From: Vicugna vicugna | Lineage: Eukaryota | Length of the DNA: 64,000 nt | Reading direction: 5' to 3' | NCBI GenBank assembly: GCA_013265495.1 | Contig: MU058000.1 | Location: 1,054,001 to 1,118,000 of the forward strand | Part shown: one piece after another, positions 24,846 to 37,559 of the stretch | Layout: every line of letters begins with the position of its first letter | How positions within the stretch are numbered: position 1 is the first letter of the stretch | The notes under the pieces: model-generated | Seen by the model: only the letters and a program-made list of their open reading frames with translations | Told to the model about the DNA's origin: nothing | Databases searched by the model: none | Position numbers and translations under genes: made by a program

Positions 24846-26199
24846 GGCCTCGGTCTCCCTGGTAAGGAAGCGCCAGCTCTCCACAACGCCAAGAGGAAGG
24901 CGTGGCCAGGGGAAGAGTCTTTTCCCATTTTAAGGCCACTGATGTTTCCTTGGGATCCTAATCCTTCTACCCTCTTTTTTGCTTTCCTTTCTCTTTGACC
25001 TCGATATTACTGTAAATGTCTTGCTTTTCTTCTAAATTTTCACTTTTTGTTCTTTTCTGTTGTCTTGGGCAATAGTCTGACTGGAGGACCGAGGCCAAAT
25101 CTAGTGACATCCTTGGAGGCACTGAGCTTCTATTTCAGGGATTCTGAGAAAGTCCCATTAACCTTTAATCCTCTTTCATTCCCTGGGAATTTCAGAGTTA
25201 GAGCATCAAACTTCAGGTTAAGATTTTATGTTATTAGACCTTTGTACATAAGTGTTAGTGAAAGTTCAAGAACCAGTCCCTGAGGAAGGAAGGAAAATAT
25301 AGGGACCCTGAACGCCCAGAGCTAAGAGGGTTGGAGGGTGAGGAAAAGCGGAGGCTGGCCCGTCTGACAGGTCGTTCTGATAGAACTGAAGAGAAGTGGC
25401 CTGTTACCCACTTTAGAGTGCTGGCTCTGATGTGGTACCAGGTGGCAGAGGGCAGTGAAGGGCAGAGGGAACCTCCTGAACACTTGCCCCGACTGTGCAG
25501 CTATCACCTTGTGCAGACTCGGTACAAGGAGCCAAGAGCCACGCCACCATGGGTCTCATTTCCTAAGCTATAAAGCAGTGGGGTTTGGGTGTTTAGGCAT
25601 TTATTTCCTTGTGTTTGAGAGGTTTTTAGAAAGGGTGTTCTAAATTGGAAAAGTGGCAAGCTGGCCTCTGCGGAGACAGGTTTAAGAGGGCCGGGTAAGG
25701 AGGGTACAGCTCACATGTCTGCTTGGATGGTTGGTTTGGCTGGTGGTCTCCTCCCTGGCCCGGGCCCTGTAATTGGGTCAGTGGTGCCCTTGAATTTGGG
25801 GAACAGCCCCACAACCGCATGTTGCCCCATTGCTCCAGCTGATTCTCAGACCTTCGAGGCTTTGCACTATGTAAATTCTCACTGCATATGGCCCTCTGGG
25901 GACTGAGGAGGGATGAGGCACACCTAGTCTAAAGGGATGTTTTAGGATTTGCTAGAGGACATTTTTTTAAACCTCTGAGCTGACAATGCTGATCTGAATG
26001 TCATCCACTATTTCACTACTTTTATTTTGTAAATGATTAATATATTAAAAAGAATCCCTGCCTCATATGTATTCATTGATTATACGTGGATGTGTTCGAT
26101 TTAGTTTCCAGGATGGAAAAACATCTTTGCTAACCAATTTATGGTCCTTCAGCCAGGATTATATGAGAAATTGATTTAGGTCTCCTCATTCATCCAACC

Positions 26200-26400
26200 C
26201 AGATACGTAGGGCATCAGCCACATGCAGACTTGCTGCAGGGGTTGGAGATAAACAAAATACAGCCTCTGATTTTAAGGAACTCCTAGTATGGTGGAGAGG
26301 AGACAGGTATGCAAACAGGTAATTATAATACAGTGACACAAATGATACAGTGGAGGTGGCAACAGAGTGTTCTGGAAACACACAGGAGGGAGGGGCGGGC
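26200..26400 (-). mobile_element. L2 fragment
   Basis: aaggaactcctagtatggtggagaggagacagg...aacaggtaattataatacagtg. Confidence 0.7.
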
Positions 26401-27959
26401 TCCGTTAGGAAAATCAGCTGAAGTTTCATAGAGGACATGCCATCTGGTGATGGTGAAGTTGCAGTGCTTACTTCGCACATTATATCCCTAACCTTGAGAT
26501 GACATTTGATTGTTCGAGGGCTCAGCAACAAATCTTTCCCCTCCCCTGTGCTCCCTCTATAACCCAGCAAACAACTACAATGAGCTGAAATGCATCAAGG
26601 CAAGTAGCGTGGGGTTAAAAGTAAAAGCTGCTCTTTGCTGACTTGGGTCGGATCCTGGAAGCTGCAGAGAGCACTTAATTTTATGGTTCTTCTGATTAAG
26701 GCTTTCTCCAGCAGCTCCTTCAGTGGATCAGGTAAGCAAAATGAGCCAGCTAGCAGGCAACGTCACAGATCTTGTATTTTGGTCTTCTCTGCTTCTGAAG
26801 TACTTAGCAGGATGTCAACTGCCCGTTGCACAAGAAAAATAAAATTGCTTGCGTGAGACCCTTGTTACAGTGAAGAAGTGGGAAAGTAGGAAGGAATTCA
26901 ATCTTTGGCTTAGAAAAAATCTCATTCTCTTAAGGTATATTGAAGTCTGCAAAGCAGTTACCTTTCTGAGCAGCTAGATGCAAGCTGGAAATGCAGCTCC
27001 TAATAGCCTTGGTGAGATTAAGTGAAGTTTCTGTGATTGTGGTTTGATGCCCTTCCCCGCAGTCAACCTGTATCTGCAGCCCCTTCTACACTTCTCATCT
27101 GCCCGACACTCTTCACTTCTTCCCTGCTGCCCCCAACCCACTGGCATCTCTATAGCAGGAAGGAGAAATGAGTGGCTTGACAGCCTAGAAGGATACGTTT
27201 AATAGAAATTGATGGAAGTGGCCCAGGAAGGACACCATTCCATTATTCTTGCGGTAAGAAAGGTTATCAGGGTGTGATGGAGCCATGCTCTCTTGCTGAA
27301 CTATTTTGTGTTTACAGGACCTGCAAGGGAGTTGGGAGAGAAGTTGAAAGGGAAATTAATTTGAACTGTAATTGATACAAGGTCAGTCACAGGATGGTGG
27401 GCGGGAGCAGAATTGAGGAATGGTTTGGCGGAGGGGTGGGCAATACTGCTCTGAAGTCAACACGTAGGACCCTTTGTGGTAAAAAGTGTACTTTGTGAAC
27501 AAGGGGTCAGCTGGTGGGTCTGGTTTGATTATAATGGACATATCAGCTTTTCAAATTGAAATACATGTTGGTGAACATGCAAGCGGATTTGGCGGCACCA
27601 TTTTATCTTTAATATTCTTTGCCTGTAACAGTTAATCTCATAAGAAATACAGACTCAGACAAGAGGCACCTTAGCAACCGCTCCCTGTATACTTTGGACT
27701 TGGATTTCAGTTCAGTGTTTTTTCTTTCTTTTCTTCTTTCCGCCTTCCTTCCTTCCCATTTCCTTCTCTCCTTGTCTCTTTTATTTCTATTTTCTGATAA
27801 CTTCAGTAGCTTCTTTATGTCCCTTGCCTATCCCACAACTCAGGCTGAGAAGTGACTTTGCTGAAAAACAAGACTTTCAAAGATTCGCAAGGAGTATAGG
27901 GTTTTTTTTTTTTTTTGACCATTTGTAGAACAGGCATATATTTATTATTACCTAATGAT

Positions 27960-28643
27960 TCCTGTAATTGTCAGTGATGGACCAAAGCCAACTGACTTCA
28001 GGAAGACAAAAGGGGACCATTTGACTTATAAAAACGGACGTTCAAGGGTAGTCCTGGGGTTACCTCTGCATAGACTGAAAGAGTCTCAAGGATGGTCTCT
28101 CTCTGCCCCTATCTCTGGACTCTGCTTCTCTTTGTGTTTTTCATGGTGATGGGCTGATGGCAGCCCTAAGCTCATGTCCCACAGGTACGAGAGTGACAAG
28201 GAAGTAGTCACTGAACACTCTTTCTAACCACCTGTTCACTCCTTCATAGCACTTACCTCCTCTGATTTTGAAATGATCTTTGTAATGCCTAATTCCGTGA
28301 AGGCAGAGCCGTGTCTGTCTTGTTCATCACTCAGTCCCCAAGGGCTAACATGTGCACACCAAGTATTTGTTGAATCAATGCATATCTTCTTTATCCAAAA
28401 AGAGTTTTTTTCCAAATTCTATGTAACATTCTCTTGAAAGGAAATTGATGGTCTCCGACTTGATAAAGTGCCCACTGTGGTTTAAGGAATGGGGAACAGG
28501 TCAGGTCTTGTGTCCATTTGTACAGCAAGTGGATAGGGGAGGCACTGTGACTGACAATCTTGCTGGACCACGCGGGACAGGAAAGGGACAGTTTCCAAAA
28601 GGAAAGATGGGTGCTGAGTAGACACATAACGAATGTCTACTGC
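27960..28643 (-). mobile_element. Old MaLR LTR remnants (MLT1K/L-like), apparently split by an L2 3' piece at ~28230-28385
   Basis: ctctctgcccctatctctggactctgcttctc and tttccaaaaggaaagatgggtgctgagtagaca...atgtctact motifs. L2 end gtctgtcttgttcatcactc...atttgttgaatcaatg lies between them. Confidence 0.55.
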
Positions 28644-29705
28644 TTCACTGTTCTGCTCGTTTCGCTTTCAGGTGGCTACTTGTGGGAGAAGATAAAATGT
28701 ATTCTCTTGGTAGGGATATAGTTTGATTGTTCTCTCTAGTCGTCCCAAGTCCTATATATAATCTGACTTCAACTTGCCTTGTCAGCTTTGTTTTCTCTTG
28801 TTTCCTGAGTCATATCTAGGATCTAGGGAGATATGACCACTCATTATTCTCCCAATATTTACTTTTCCATGGCCTTATTTTGAGGGTTCTCGGTTGTCAG
28901 AATTGGCGTAAACTATGCTTTCATATGTTAAAGAGTAGAATATTTAAAAAAAACTTCTTTTATTTTATTTCCAAAATTAAACTAAGAGTTAGATTTTTTT
29001 TCAAGATGCAATGCCTAAATAGCATCTTTTCTTTTTCCTGGTTCTTTTCTTGCTGTTCCAGCAAATTGTCTTAAGGACCATTGTGTTTTATTCTGCATTG
29101 TTTTCATCTATATTGTTTTTAGCCCTCTAATTAAATTTTTTCATATTTAGTTTAAAAGTATTTTTATATCTCTTTTTAAAAAAGCACATATCCTAGACAT
29201 TAGCAAAAAGCATTGAAATGCCTAAATTAATATTGTGGTCAGAGGAGAAGGCAATAAAAATAATAATCATGGAAGTCTAAGAAGAAAATCAGGCCCTGGA
29301 ATTTTGGTTAATGATGCCTTTGTTTATTTTTGAGTGTGGATTTCATTGTGATAAAAGCAGCAAAAGAGACAGGAAGATTAGAGGAGATTTTGCAAGATTA
29401 GGATCTGGAGGACCTTCCTTGAAAGTTTGCTTTTTTGAAATTTCCAAGCATTGTGAAAATATCTTTCTTTTCTGTCTTTTATTCTTTGATCTTCAAGGAC
29501 CACAAAAATGGAGGGGCAGAGAAAAATCTTTGTAGTTTTACCTTATTGCTCAGTAAATTACTTACATTTCTAATACCCTTTTTCTCTTATTTCCCATATT
29601 GTAATTTTCAGTCCTTCAAGACCCAACTCACAGTTAACAGTCTCAATGAAGCTATCTCTGAGAGCCCTGGCTGAAAGTCCTGTTTCTATTGGCCATCCTC
29701 TAAAA

Positions 29706-29912
29706 CAGCGGTTCTCAAAGTGTAGTCACTGGACTAGTAGCGTCAGTAACAGTAAAATAAGTCTTTTATTTTTAAGATGGCACATATTGGAGATGCAGAT
29801 TCTTCCCCTTTTTCCCCCAGTCTACTGATTCAGAAACTCTGGTGATGAGGCTCAGCAATCTGTGGTTTAACAAGCCCTCCAGGTGATTCTGATATATGCT
29901 AAAGTTGAAAAG
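29706..29912 (+). mobile_element. MER5A MITE with perfect 8-bp TSD
   Basis: cagcggttctcaaagtgtagtc...tcagaaactctgg...aatctgtggtttaacaagccctccaggtgattctgat. ctctaaaa at 29698-29705 and 29913-29920. Confidence 0.92.
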
Positions 29913-31229
29913 CTCTAAAACTTAGGATTCTGTCTCATTTACATGGTGAATGTGTAGCATCTGCTCTGCTAGATAATGTGCTCCTGGGAAGATGTCTATG
30001 TCATTTTTGATTTTTAGGCTCCTGTAAAAGGTAAAAGATATTGAAACATAAAAGTTTGTAGATGAATGGGCATAATAGGGCATAGATCTTAACATAAGAA
30101 AGAGAGAGAGGAACAGAGCCTAATCCAGTTTCTCAATTTTCCAATTTGCCTTCTGCTTTGACTGAATGGACCAGATAATTACTAAATCCCTATTTCACTT
30201 TATGGCCGAATCCCTATTTTGCTTTATGTGGTGTCTGTCTGAACACAAATAGATGTGCTCCCATGCGGTAGTCAGTAGGTCTGTTCACTGATGATCATCT
30301 GCTTCCATTTTTGTAACCCAGCAACTGCAATACTATTGCTTAGAGCTTTTGTGGAGTCTGTTGGTCAAGTTTAAGTAAAGGACAAGTCTACTTTAAATAT
30401 ATAGAACAGTCTATTAAACATTTTTGTTCTTCAGAAGACACTGTTCCATCTCATCAAGACAGACTCTCACTCACTTCAGGTGTTGCCCGTGAGGCTGCGC
30501 AGCTCTCTGGGTGTCTAACCTTGGCCTCTTGTCATCAGCTATTAAAACTGCTAAAACAGAAGAATGCTTAACCACTCCAGCTGTTAAAACATTAGTACAT
30601 GCTCTGGTGAGCTCAAATTTAAATGCTTTGAATGGCCCTTTAGGGGATCTTCCTTCTCTTTTTTAACTTACAGTCAAAATTCAGCAATAGTTTTAACTTC
30701 TTCAGTCCCTGCATGTGCTCACATTTCTTCATTCCCCACATCCCGCCGAAAAGATCCATTTAGCTATTAGTCTAAGGATTAAATTTTAAGCTGTTAGTTC
30801 TGTATTTAATATTCACCAGTCAAAACTCGAATTACTTTTTGACTTTGCCTTCTGTCATTCCAAGCCCTCACAGTTTTTTTTTCTATAAAATCTAAAATTC
30901 AAAATGGATTGCTATAGGATGGATCAGGATAGGATTAGTCAAAAGGGAATAATCAGAGGGAGCCTTTTCATCTTACCTGCCAAATAGATCTGTGGTGCGA
31001 TAACCAGCCCACATCCTGTCTCTGTTTCCTGAACTCTACATAAATCCTTTTTCTCTTTCATAACTTCGTTTGTACTCCCATTCTGTGTTACACAAATGCC
31101 AGCTTCTACTAAATTCTACTAAATTCCATTCTCTACTAAATTTTATAGAATTTCCCTTTAAACTTTCTGGTTTGCTAATGCATCTGTATATTCACAATCG
31201 ATTTGGTCTTTCCTTAAGAAATACATCTA

Positions 31230-31915
31230 ATATTCCCAAATTTTACAGCTCAACCCCTTACCTTTCTACAGAGCTTGAGATCTCTATTCTACCTGTATTC
31301 ACCTTGGTTATCTAAGGTCCTGCTACTCAAAGCGTGGTTTGTATTTCAGCATCACTGGCATTATCCAAGACATGTCAGAAATGTTGGATCCGGGGCCCAC
31401 CTCAGACCTACTGACTCAGAATCTGCCTTTTAACAAGAGCCCCAGGTGAGTCTCGTGCACATGTAAAGTTTGAGAAGGACTGTTCTGTTGGGTACCTCAC
31501 ACTTAATTAGGCCAAAATAGAATTTTTGATTTCTTTTTTCTGTCCAGTTCCTACCCAGATACTCTTCCCTATACCTGCTCCCCTTCTGCCCCAATTTGTT
31601 TCTTCTCTCACTCCTCTCATACATTCCATTAAAAAGTCCTATTGAATCTACCTCCAGTGTAAAAATACAGATTCATTAATTGGTGAGATTCTTCATGACA
31701 ACTACTTTCTATCACTATATTATGTTCATTATATCATTCATCACTATCTGAGATTGTCTTATATTTTTCTACTTATTTTTTGTCCTTACTCCATCTAAAT
31801 GGTAAAATCCTTGAGAGTAGGATCTTGTCTGTCTTGGTCACCTTGGTATCCCGAGCACCTAAGATGATGAATGGCATGGAGAAGATGCTCTCAAAACAAT
31901 TACTGGAACTAATTA
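31230..31915 (+). mobile_element. L2 fragment
   Basis: tcaccttggttatctaa [MER5A1] ggtacctcacacttaa...ccttgagagtaggatcttgtctgtcttggtcacc...gagcacctaag. Confidence 0.7.
31318..31482 (+). mobile_element. MER5A1 MITE nested in L2
   Basis: tgctactcaaagcgtgg...ggcccacctcagacctactgactcagaatctgc...aagtttgagaaggactg. Confidence 0.88.
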
Positions 31916-33675
31916 ATGAGGTTTCTCACATTATCTAAACAACATTGATCATGGATTAGATGCCCTGTGACAATATGAATAATCGATGAGTCAGAACTCA
32001 ACACTGGCTCTCTCTGGGTCCCACATTCTGAAATGGAAAAACGTTCCATACTGAAGAAGGAATTTTCATTCTGAGCAAATTGACAGGTAAATTGATCATC
32101 AGTGCTGAGAAGCAAATATGGATATAAAGCAAATAAGCTTATATCCATATTTAGTCACATATCAAATGTGTGATTCTGGATATTATTTAAATCTAAGCTT
32201 CAGTTTTCTCATCTGTAAAAGAAGGATATTACATTACATGCTATCTGTCATTTCCCTTCCTGACTGAGTGTATTTTATGAAAAATGTTCCATGTACCCAT
32301 TTCCCTTCCCCTGTTTTTCAATAATTGTCTGGTACACATCAACTAATAGGCTATTTCTGCTCTGGTGTTATTGCTACCATGTATTATGTTAGCAACTTTG
32401 AATCCATTATGATTTTTAATTGAAGCTGAATATATTTAATTATATCATTTTGAGCCGTCCAGGTTTAATTTCACCAAAATTATATCAAATTGGGACACTC
32501 TGAAAGATGACAGGCAAAAAAGAAAAATAGTATGAATAAAGCTTTGATATGCACTAACTCACCTATTAAGTTCTATTCTTGTATGCTAGGCATGGCTTTT
32601 CTCTATTGTTCTTATCAACAAAATAAACTTTATGTAGGCCACATATACACAGACTTCTAATCATGTAACCTACAGTTGAAAAAACAGCATTAACAAATTT
32701 TGAAACTTTGGACTGGAGGTTCTCTAAGATCTCTCTCTGTTTTAAAACACATAAGCATATACACATAGGCTGCTTTTAATGCTTTATTAAATACTTCATA
32801 ATAAATTACAGATAAATCCACTTAAGTAATAATGAAAGATGTCAATATAAAACAGTACATAGGCCTTCCAGCCAACATGAAGAAGGGACCAAATTTAGTT
32901 TACTACCCGAAACAATTAAAAACCAGACAAAAGTTATGAAAAGACTATTCTTGAGACACTGGTCAACAAAGAACAAATAGGATGGTCCCTAAAATTTCCT
33001 AATTGCTGTCTAGGCTGCTGCTCCGGGAAGTAGAATGCAAATGAGCACAATGTCCTCCCCGAGTCAAAGAGGTGGAGCTGGGAGTCTGGGGAGGCCAGGC
33101 AAGTTAGAGCCAGAGGAAGGGGAGAGCTACAGAGTCAGGAGCTTCGGAGATCTGAAGATCTCCCTCACATCTTCCCTTGAGTATTGATTAGTGCATCTGT
33201 GAGACATTACTAAGGCTGGGAAAATAGCTGTCCAAAATGATTAGAGGAAAGAGTGCTCAGAACTGACACAGGGCCAGAAATAGTAACTGCTCCATTAGCC
33301 AGAGTGGAAAACTTCATAATTCACGATATGTTGGATTGAATAAGCAGAAGGGTTTTGCTTCAGTGGTGGGATAAAATTAGACCTACCCTAAATGCTGATG
33401 TATTACTACACAACAAAGCTTAAATGTAAAACCTGAAAATATAAAATTGTTTAAAAGTAACTTAACTTTGATCCAGATCAAAGCTCAAGAATATCTACAG
33501 GAAAACCAAAATATTCAGGACTTAACAAAATAAAATTTACAATGTCTAGAATTCAATAAATTATTATGAATGCAAAGAAGCAGGAAAATACAACACATAA
33601 AAAAAGAGAAAAATAAATCAAATTCAATCACACAGTGTAATAGTAGACTGAATTAGTAGATAAGAACATGAAGAC

Positions 33676-33801
33676 ATTTATTTTTGGGGTGAGGGAGGTA
33701 ATTAGATTTATTTATTTATTTTAATGGAGGTACTGGGGATTGAACCCAGGACTTTGTGCATGCTAAGCACACACTCTACCACTGAACTATACCCTCCTCC
33801 C
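33676..33801 (-). mobile_element. tRNA-Ala-derived SINE (camelid Vic-1 type)
   Basis: Minus strand reads GGGAGGAGGGTATAGTTCAGTGGTAGAGTGTGTGCTTAGCATGCACAAAGTCCTGGGTTCAATCCCCAGTACCTCCA, then a (TAAA)n-TCTAATTACCTCCC tail. A and B boxes present. Weak flanks aagacattt/aaatcattt. Confidence 0.9.
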
Positions 33802-34617
33802 AAATCATTTTTTTTTTGTATTCCATATTTTAAAGAAGCTAGAGGAAAGATTAAACATGTCAAGTAGGGACATGGAAGATACAAAAGGACCCAAATTAAA
33901 ATTCTGGACCTGAAAGCCATAGTATCTGGAATGAAAAACTACTCTTGATGTACCTCACAGCTGATGAGACATTGCTGAAGAAAAGATAAGTGCATTTGAA
34001 GCCATAGTCATAGATACTATCTAAAATGAGACACAGAGAAAAAGCCAAAAGAAAATAAAAAGGAATAGAAAATGAATGAGCTGTGAGACAACTTTAAAGG
34101 ATTTAATATATGTATAATTGAAGTCCTCAAAAGAGAGAAGGATTTGGGACAGAAGTGTTTTAAAATAATGAATGAATGAAGATATTAAAGAATCAAATGA
34201 CATCAAAGATATCAAGTGAAGAATGGAGATTATCAAAATGAGGAAGAATGAAGATCATCAAGATACAAAGATATGGATCAAATGGGGCTTTTATACACTG
34301 CTGATGGGAATGTAAAATGGAACAGCCAGTTTGGAAAACAGTTTGATAGTTTCTTACATCATTCAGTATACACCTACCAGGTGACTCTGCTATTTCATTC
34401 CTAGGTACTTACCCAAGAGTGGTGAAAAGATAGCTCCACACAAAAGCTAGGTCATGGATGTCCATAGCAGCTTTATTTGTAACAGGCTCAAACTGGAAAC
34501 AACCTACCTGTTTATCAAGAAGTGAACGGGTAAACAAAATGTTGTAAGACATATAATGAAGTGCTACTTGGCAATGAAAATGGGTGGACTACTTATACCT
34601 GCAACAACATGAGTCAG

Positions 34618-35185
34618 CATTCAGAAAAGAGGCAAGGCTAGCAGGCTTGAGGCTCCTATCCTTAAAAAGACCTGCTTAAATGGATGGTCTTTGTTTGGCT
34701 TCTGGGAACTTGGATTTTGAGAGGGTTTCCACCATTCCCAGAATTGTTAAAAAGTGACTCAGTGTACCTAACCTCTTTGTGCAAACAACATAGTTTATGC
34801 TAAACACATGCCAATTCTTGTGAGAATCTAGAACGTTGGCTCAAACCAGACAGAGGCTGCCTACCTGAGCAGCCCCCAGTAAAAGCTTCAGCCCCTGAAT
34901 GTCTCATAAGCTTCCCTGGAAGATAACCGTACATGTGTGTTGTCATAACTTGTGGCTGGTTGATTTAATTGTGTCCTGTGTGACTTCACTGGGAGGAGAC
35001 TCTTGGAAGTTTGTGTCTGGTTTCCTCTGGACTTCGTCTCATGTCCCTTTCCCCTGGCTGATTATACTTCATATGCTTTTTCCTGCAATAAATCATAGCC
35101 ACCAGCATGTTTATATGAATTCTGTGAGTTCGCCTAGCAAATCATCAAACCTAAGGGTGGTGGTGGTGTTGGGACTCCTGACACA
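34618..35185 (+). mobile_element. MER68 ERVL solo LTR inserted in the old L1 3' end
   Basis: cagaaaagag...tagcaggcttgaggctcctatcctta...ctgggaacttggatttt...gtcctgtgtgacttcactggga...aataaatcatagcc...cctgacaca. L1 text acaacatg | ataaatctc rejoins across it. Confidence 0.88.
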
Positions 35186-37559
35186 ATAAATCTCGAATAT
35201 ATTATACTGAGTGAGATAAGGTAGACTCTTCCTCCTCAAACAAAAGAGTACATAGTATATCTACCTATCTATCTATCTAATTTATAAACAATAAAAATAA
35301 TCTATAGTGACAAAATCAGTTGTTTCTTGGGATGTTAGCGGGGTGATATTGGGAAAAGCAGAAGGAAAGAAGTAGAGAAAGGAGCACAAGAGAACTTGAG
35401 GGGTGATGGACATGTTTATTTTCTGAATTATGGAGATGGTTCAACAAATGTACACATAAATGTTAAAACTTATCATATTGTGCAGCTTAAATATGTGTAG
35501 TTTGTCATGGGTCAGTTTTACCTGAAGGAAGCTCTTCTTTAAAAAAAAAGTACGTAGCACTTTCTATGTAATGGGAAACATGTTCAGCACTTTCTGGGCA
35601 TTGTGTTATTTATTTTTCTTAAAACCTCATGAGGTAAGCACTAATTTTATTTTCAGGAGGCTTCATGTTAGATAAGCAAAGTAACTAACCACAGCACTCA
35701 AAGTCAGAGAAAGAGTCAGGACCTCCTCCTAAGACTTGCAGAATTCCAAAGCATATTCTTCATTCACTGTTTTATATTTCATGGATGAATAACTGAGGCA
35801 CTAATTCTGGTAATTATTTAAAAATTTCCCTGCTCTGAATGATCTTCCATTGGCGCTTCAGCTTGGAGATTACAGGGTATCCTTAGTTCAAATTTGTGTC
35901 CTCTGACTCTTCGGCCTTTTAAACATTAAGGCCCTGTCGTGACGGCCTTAGGCCTTCGGGACAGCAGAGGCCAAAGGCTCCTGTTTCAGAATTCACTTAC
36001 ATAATCTCCTGGTTTGCATTTACTCAGAGTCCCCTACGTCATCTTCCTGTCCCTTCTACCCTTGGTTCTGTGCTTCAAGACTCAATTTCTGCTTGAGATT
36101 TCCTGTTGAGTTACAGATTCATGTTGGTCTCTTTGTCCTTAGCTCATTAACTTCGGCTTTCTCTACCTTGTATTTTAACTGTTGGGTCCATGGGATCCTT
36201 AGCATGAGAGAACCCACTGCTCTGGGCAAGAGACCCTCTTTCCAGCCCCGCATGAGTCCCATAGCTCAAGCTAAACTCCTGTCTCTAGAGAAGAAAAATC
36301 AAGACACGGAGGTCAGTAAATCGGATAAGCTTTCAAAGATTAAGCTAAAATTATAAAAGAATAAAAAAAGAATGTCTGCTCTTGTGTTTTGATGTGTGTT
36401 TACCTTATTGCTGTTTGGAGCTCTGCCGTATATCATCTGCCTTTGTTAACATTTGTCATATCAATCAGTCAGAGGCAATTATGAAACTGCCAACTCCATC
36501 CTTTTATTCAGCAAGGCTGTCTAATTCTGCAGCTATTAATAACCTTCTTATCTCTCTTAGTTTATCTGCTTCTTTTCTAGCATTTGATCACTGGAACTGG
36601 TGTGGCTTGTCAGTTGCAGGTAGAGGATGTTAGGAAATTAAACAATATTAGTTGCACCTGAAGTCTGAAGTTACAGGGAATTATTTTCATGGTGGTGCCT
36701 GGTACGTTGTACCATAAATTATGTGAGGTGCTTTCAAATGGACAAAAAAGATCATTTTCTTAGGGTGTGGACATGAATGTTATCACCGGATTGTGTCAGA
36801 AATAGTTCACTGGTATAGGAGATAGTGTAATGACCAAAAATTTCCTGTCATGTTATAGACTTGCAGTCTGGCCAGGAATCAGACAGTTCACATTTAATTC
36901 ATCTTCCTCACATCTAGTAATACTAAGGAGTAATAGTGCAAATAAATTCTTACTTCAATAGCATTTGGAATTTTAAATTGGCGTCTGAAATTGTGCTTCC
37001 AAAAGCCTCATTTCTGTGGAGCCAGAGAGTCTATATGTCAAGGTCAAGTGCTAAGTGTGTGCTTAATACCTGGGCTGCTAGTCTCTGCCCCATGATAATT
37101 CTTCATTTAATGGATACAAAAGAGGAAGAGAGGGGTGCAATTTCATGACAGCTTGCAGGAGAAAGAAAAAAATCCTTGAATTTTATGATAATTTAGTTTA
37201 ATGATCAGGCCAAACTCTCTGTCAGGATATTTCTTTCTTTTCTTTTCTTTTCTTTTCTTTTTTCTTTTTAGGGAAAGATTGGAGACTTGACCACTTGATC
37301 TCTCAGCATAGCAAGAGAATTCAAACAGCGTACGTGAAATTTTTCTTAATTCTACTTGCATGTGGATAATCCACCTTAGATACTTTAAAAAAAAAGTAAT
37401 ATGTAAATCAATCGATCCATATATAAAATCAGAAAATTTACTTAATTTCTCAAGCCCCCAGCTTTCTCCTCTGTATAGTGGACGGAAATAAGCGGAGGGA
37501 GGGACCAAATGATACATGGTACGTAACCAAATTTAACGCCGCTTGTGATTTTGTCCTAA

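Larger units (their letters stand above)
32860..35550 (+). mobile_element. Old L1M (L1MC/MD/ME-like): 5' region and ORF1 start joined to ORF2 end and 3'UTR; hosts a SINE and a MER68 LTR
   Basis: aaagctcaagaatatctacagg...gcaaagaagcaggaaaatac (ORF1 start region), tacactgctgatgggaatgtaaaatgg...tttggaaaacagttt (ORF2 end), and a 3'UTR ending in an A-run at ~35541-35549. Confidence 0.78.

Noticed and set aside
26712..26737. Possible 20-nt exon ctttctccag|...CAG|GTAAGC
   Set aside because: Too short and unsupported; comparable motif pairs occur by chance.
31104..31142. (ttctactaaa) repeated about three times, and other short direct repeats, considered as CRISPR-like
   Set aside because: No regular repeat-spacer periodicity and no cas genes; these are ordinary slippage duplications.
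33708..33920. ORF containing GGGYSSVVECVLSMHKVLGSIPSTS, and a possible true tRNA gene
   Set aside because: It is a translation of the SINE head. The SINE tail, acceptor-stem mismatch and CpG decay argue against a bona fide tRNA gene.
35927..35950. taaggcc...ggcctta quasi-palindrome
   Set aside because: 7-bp arms are expected by chance in 64 kb. A bacterial-style terminator reading is irrelevant in mammalian DNA.
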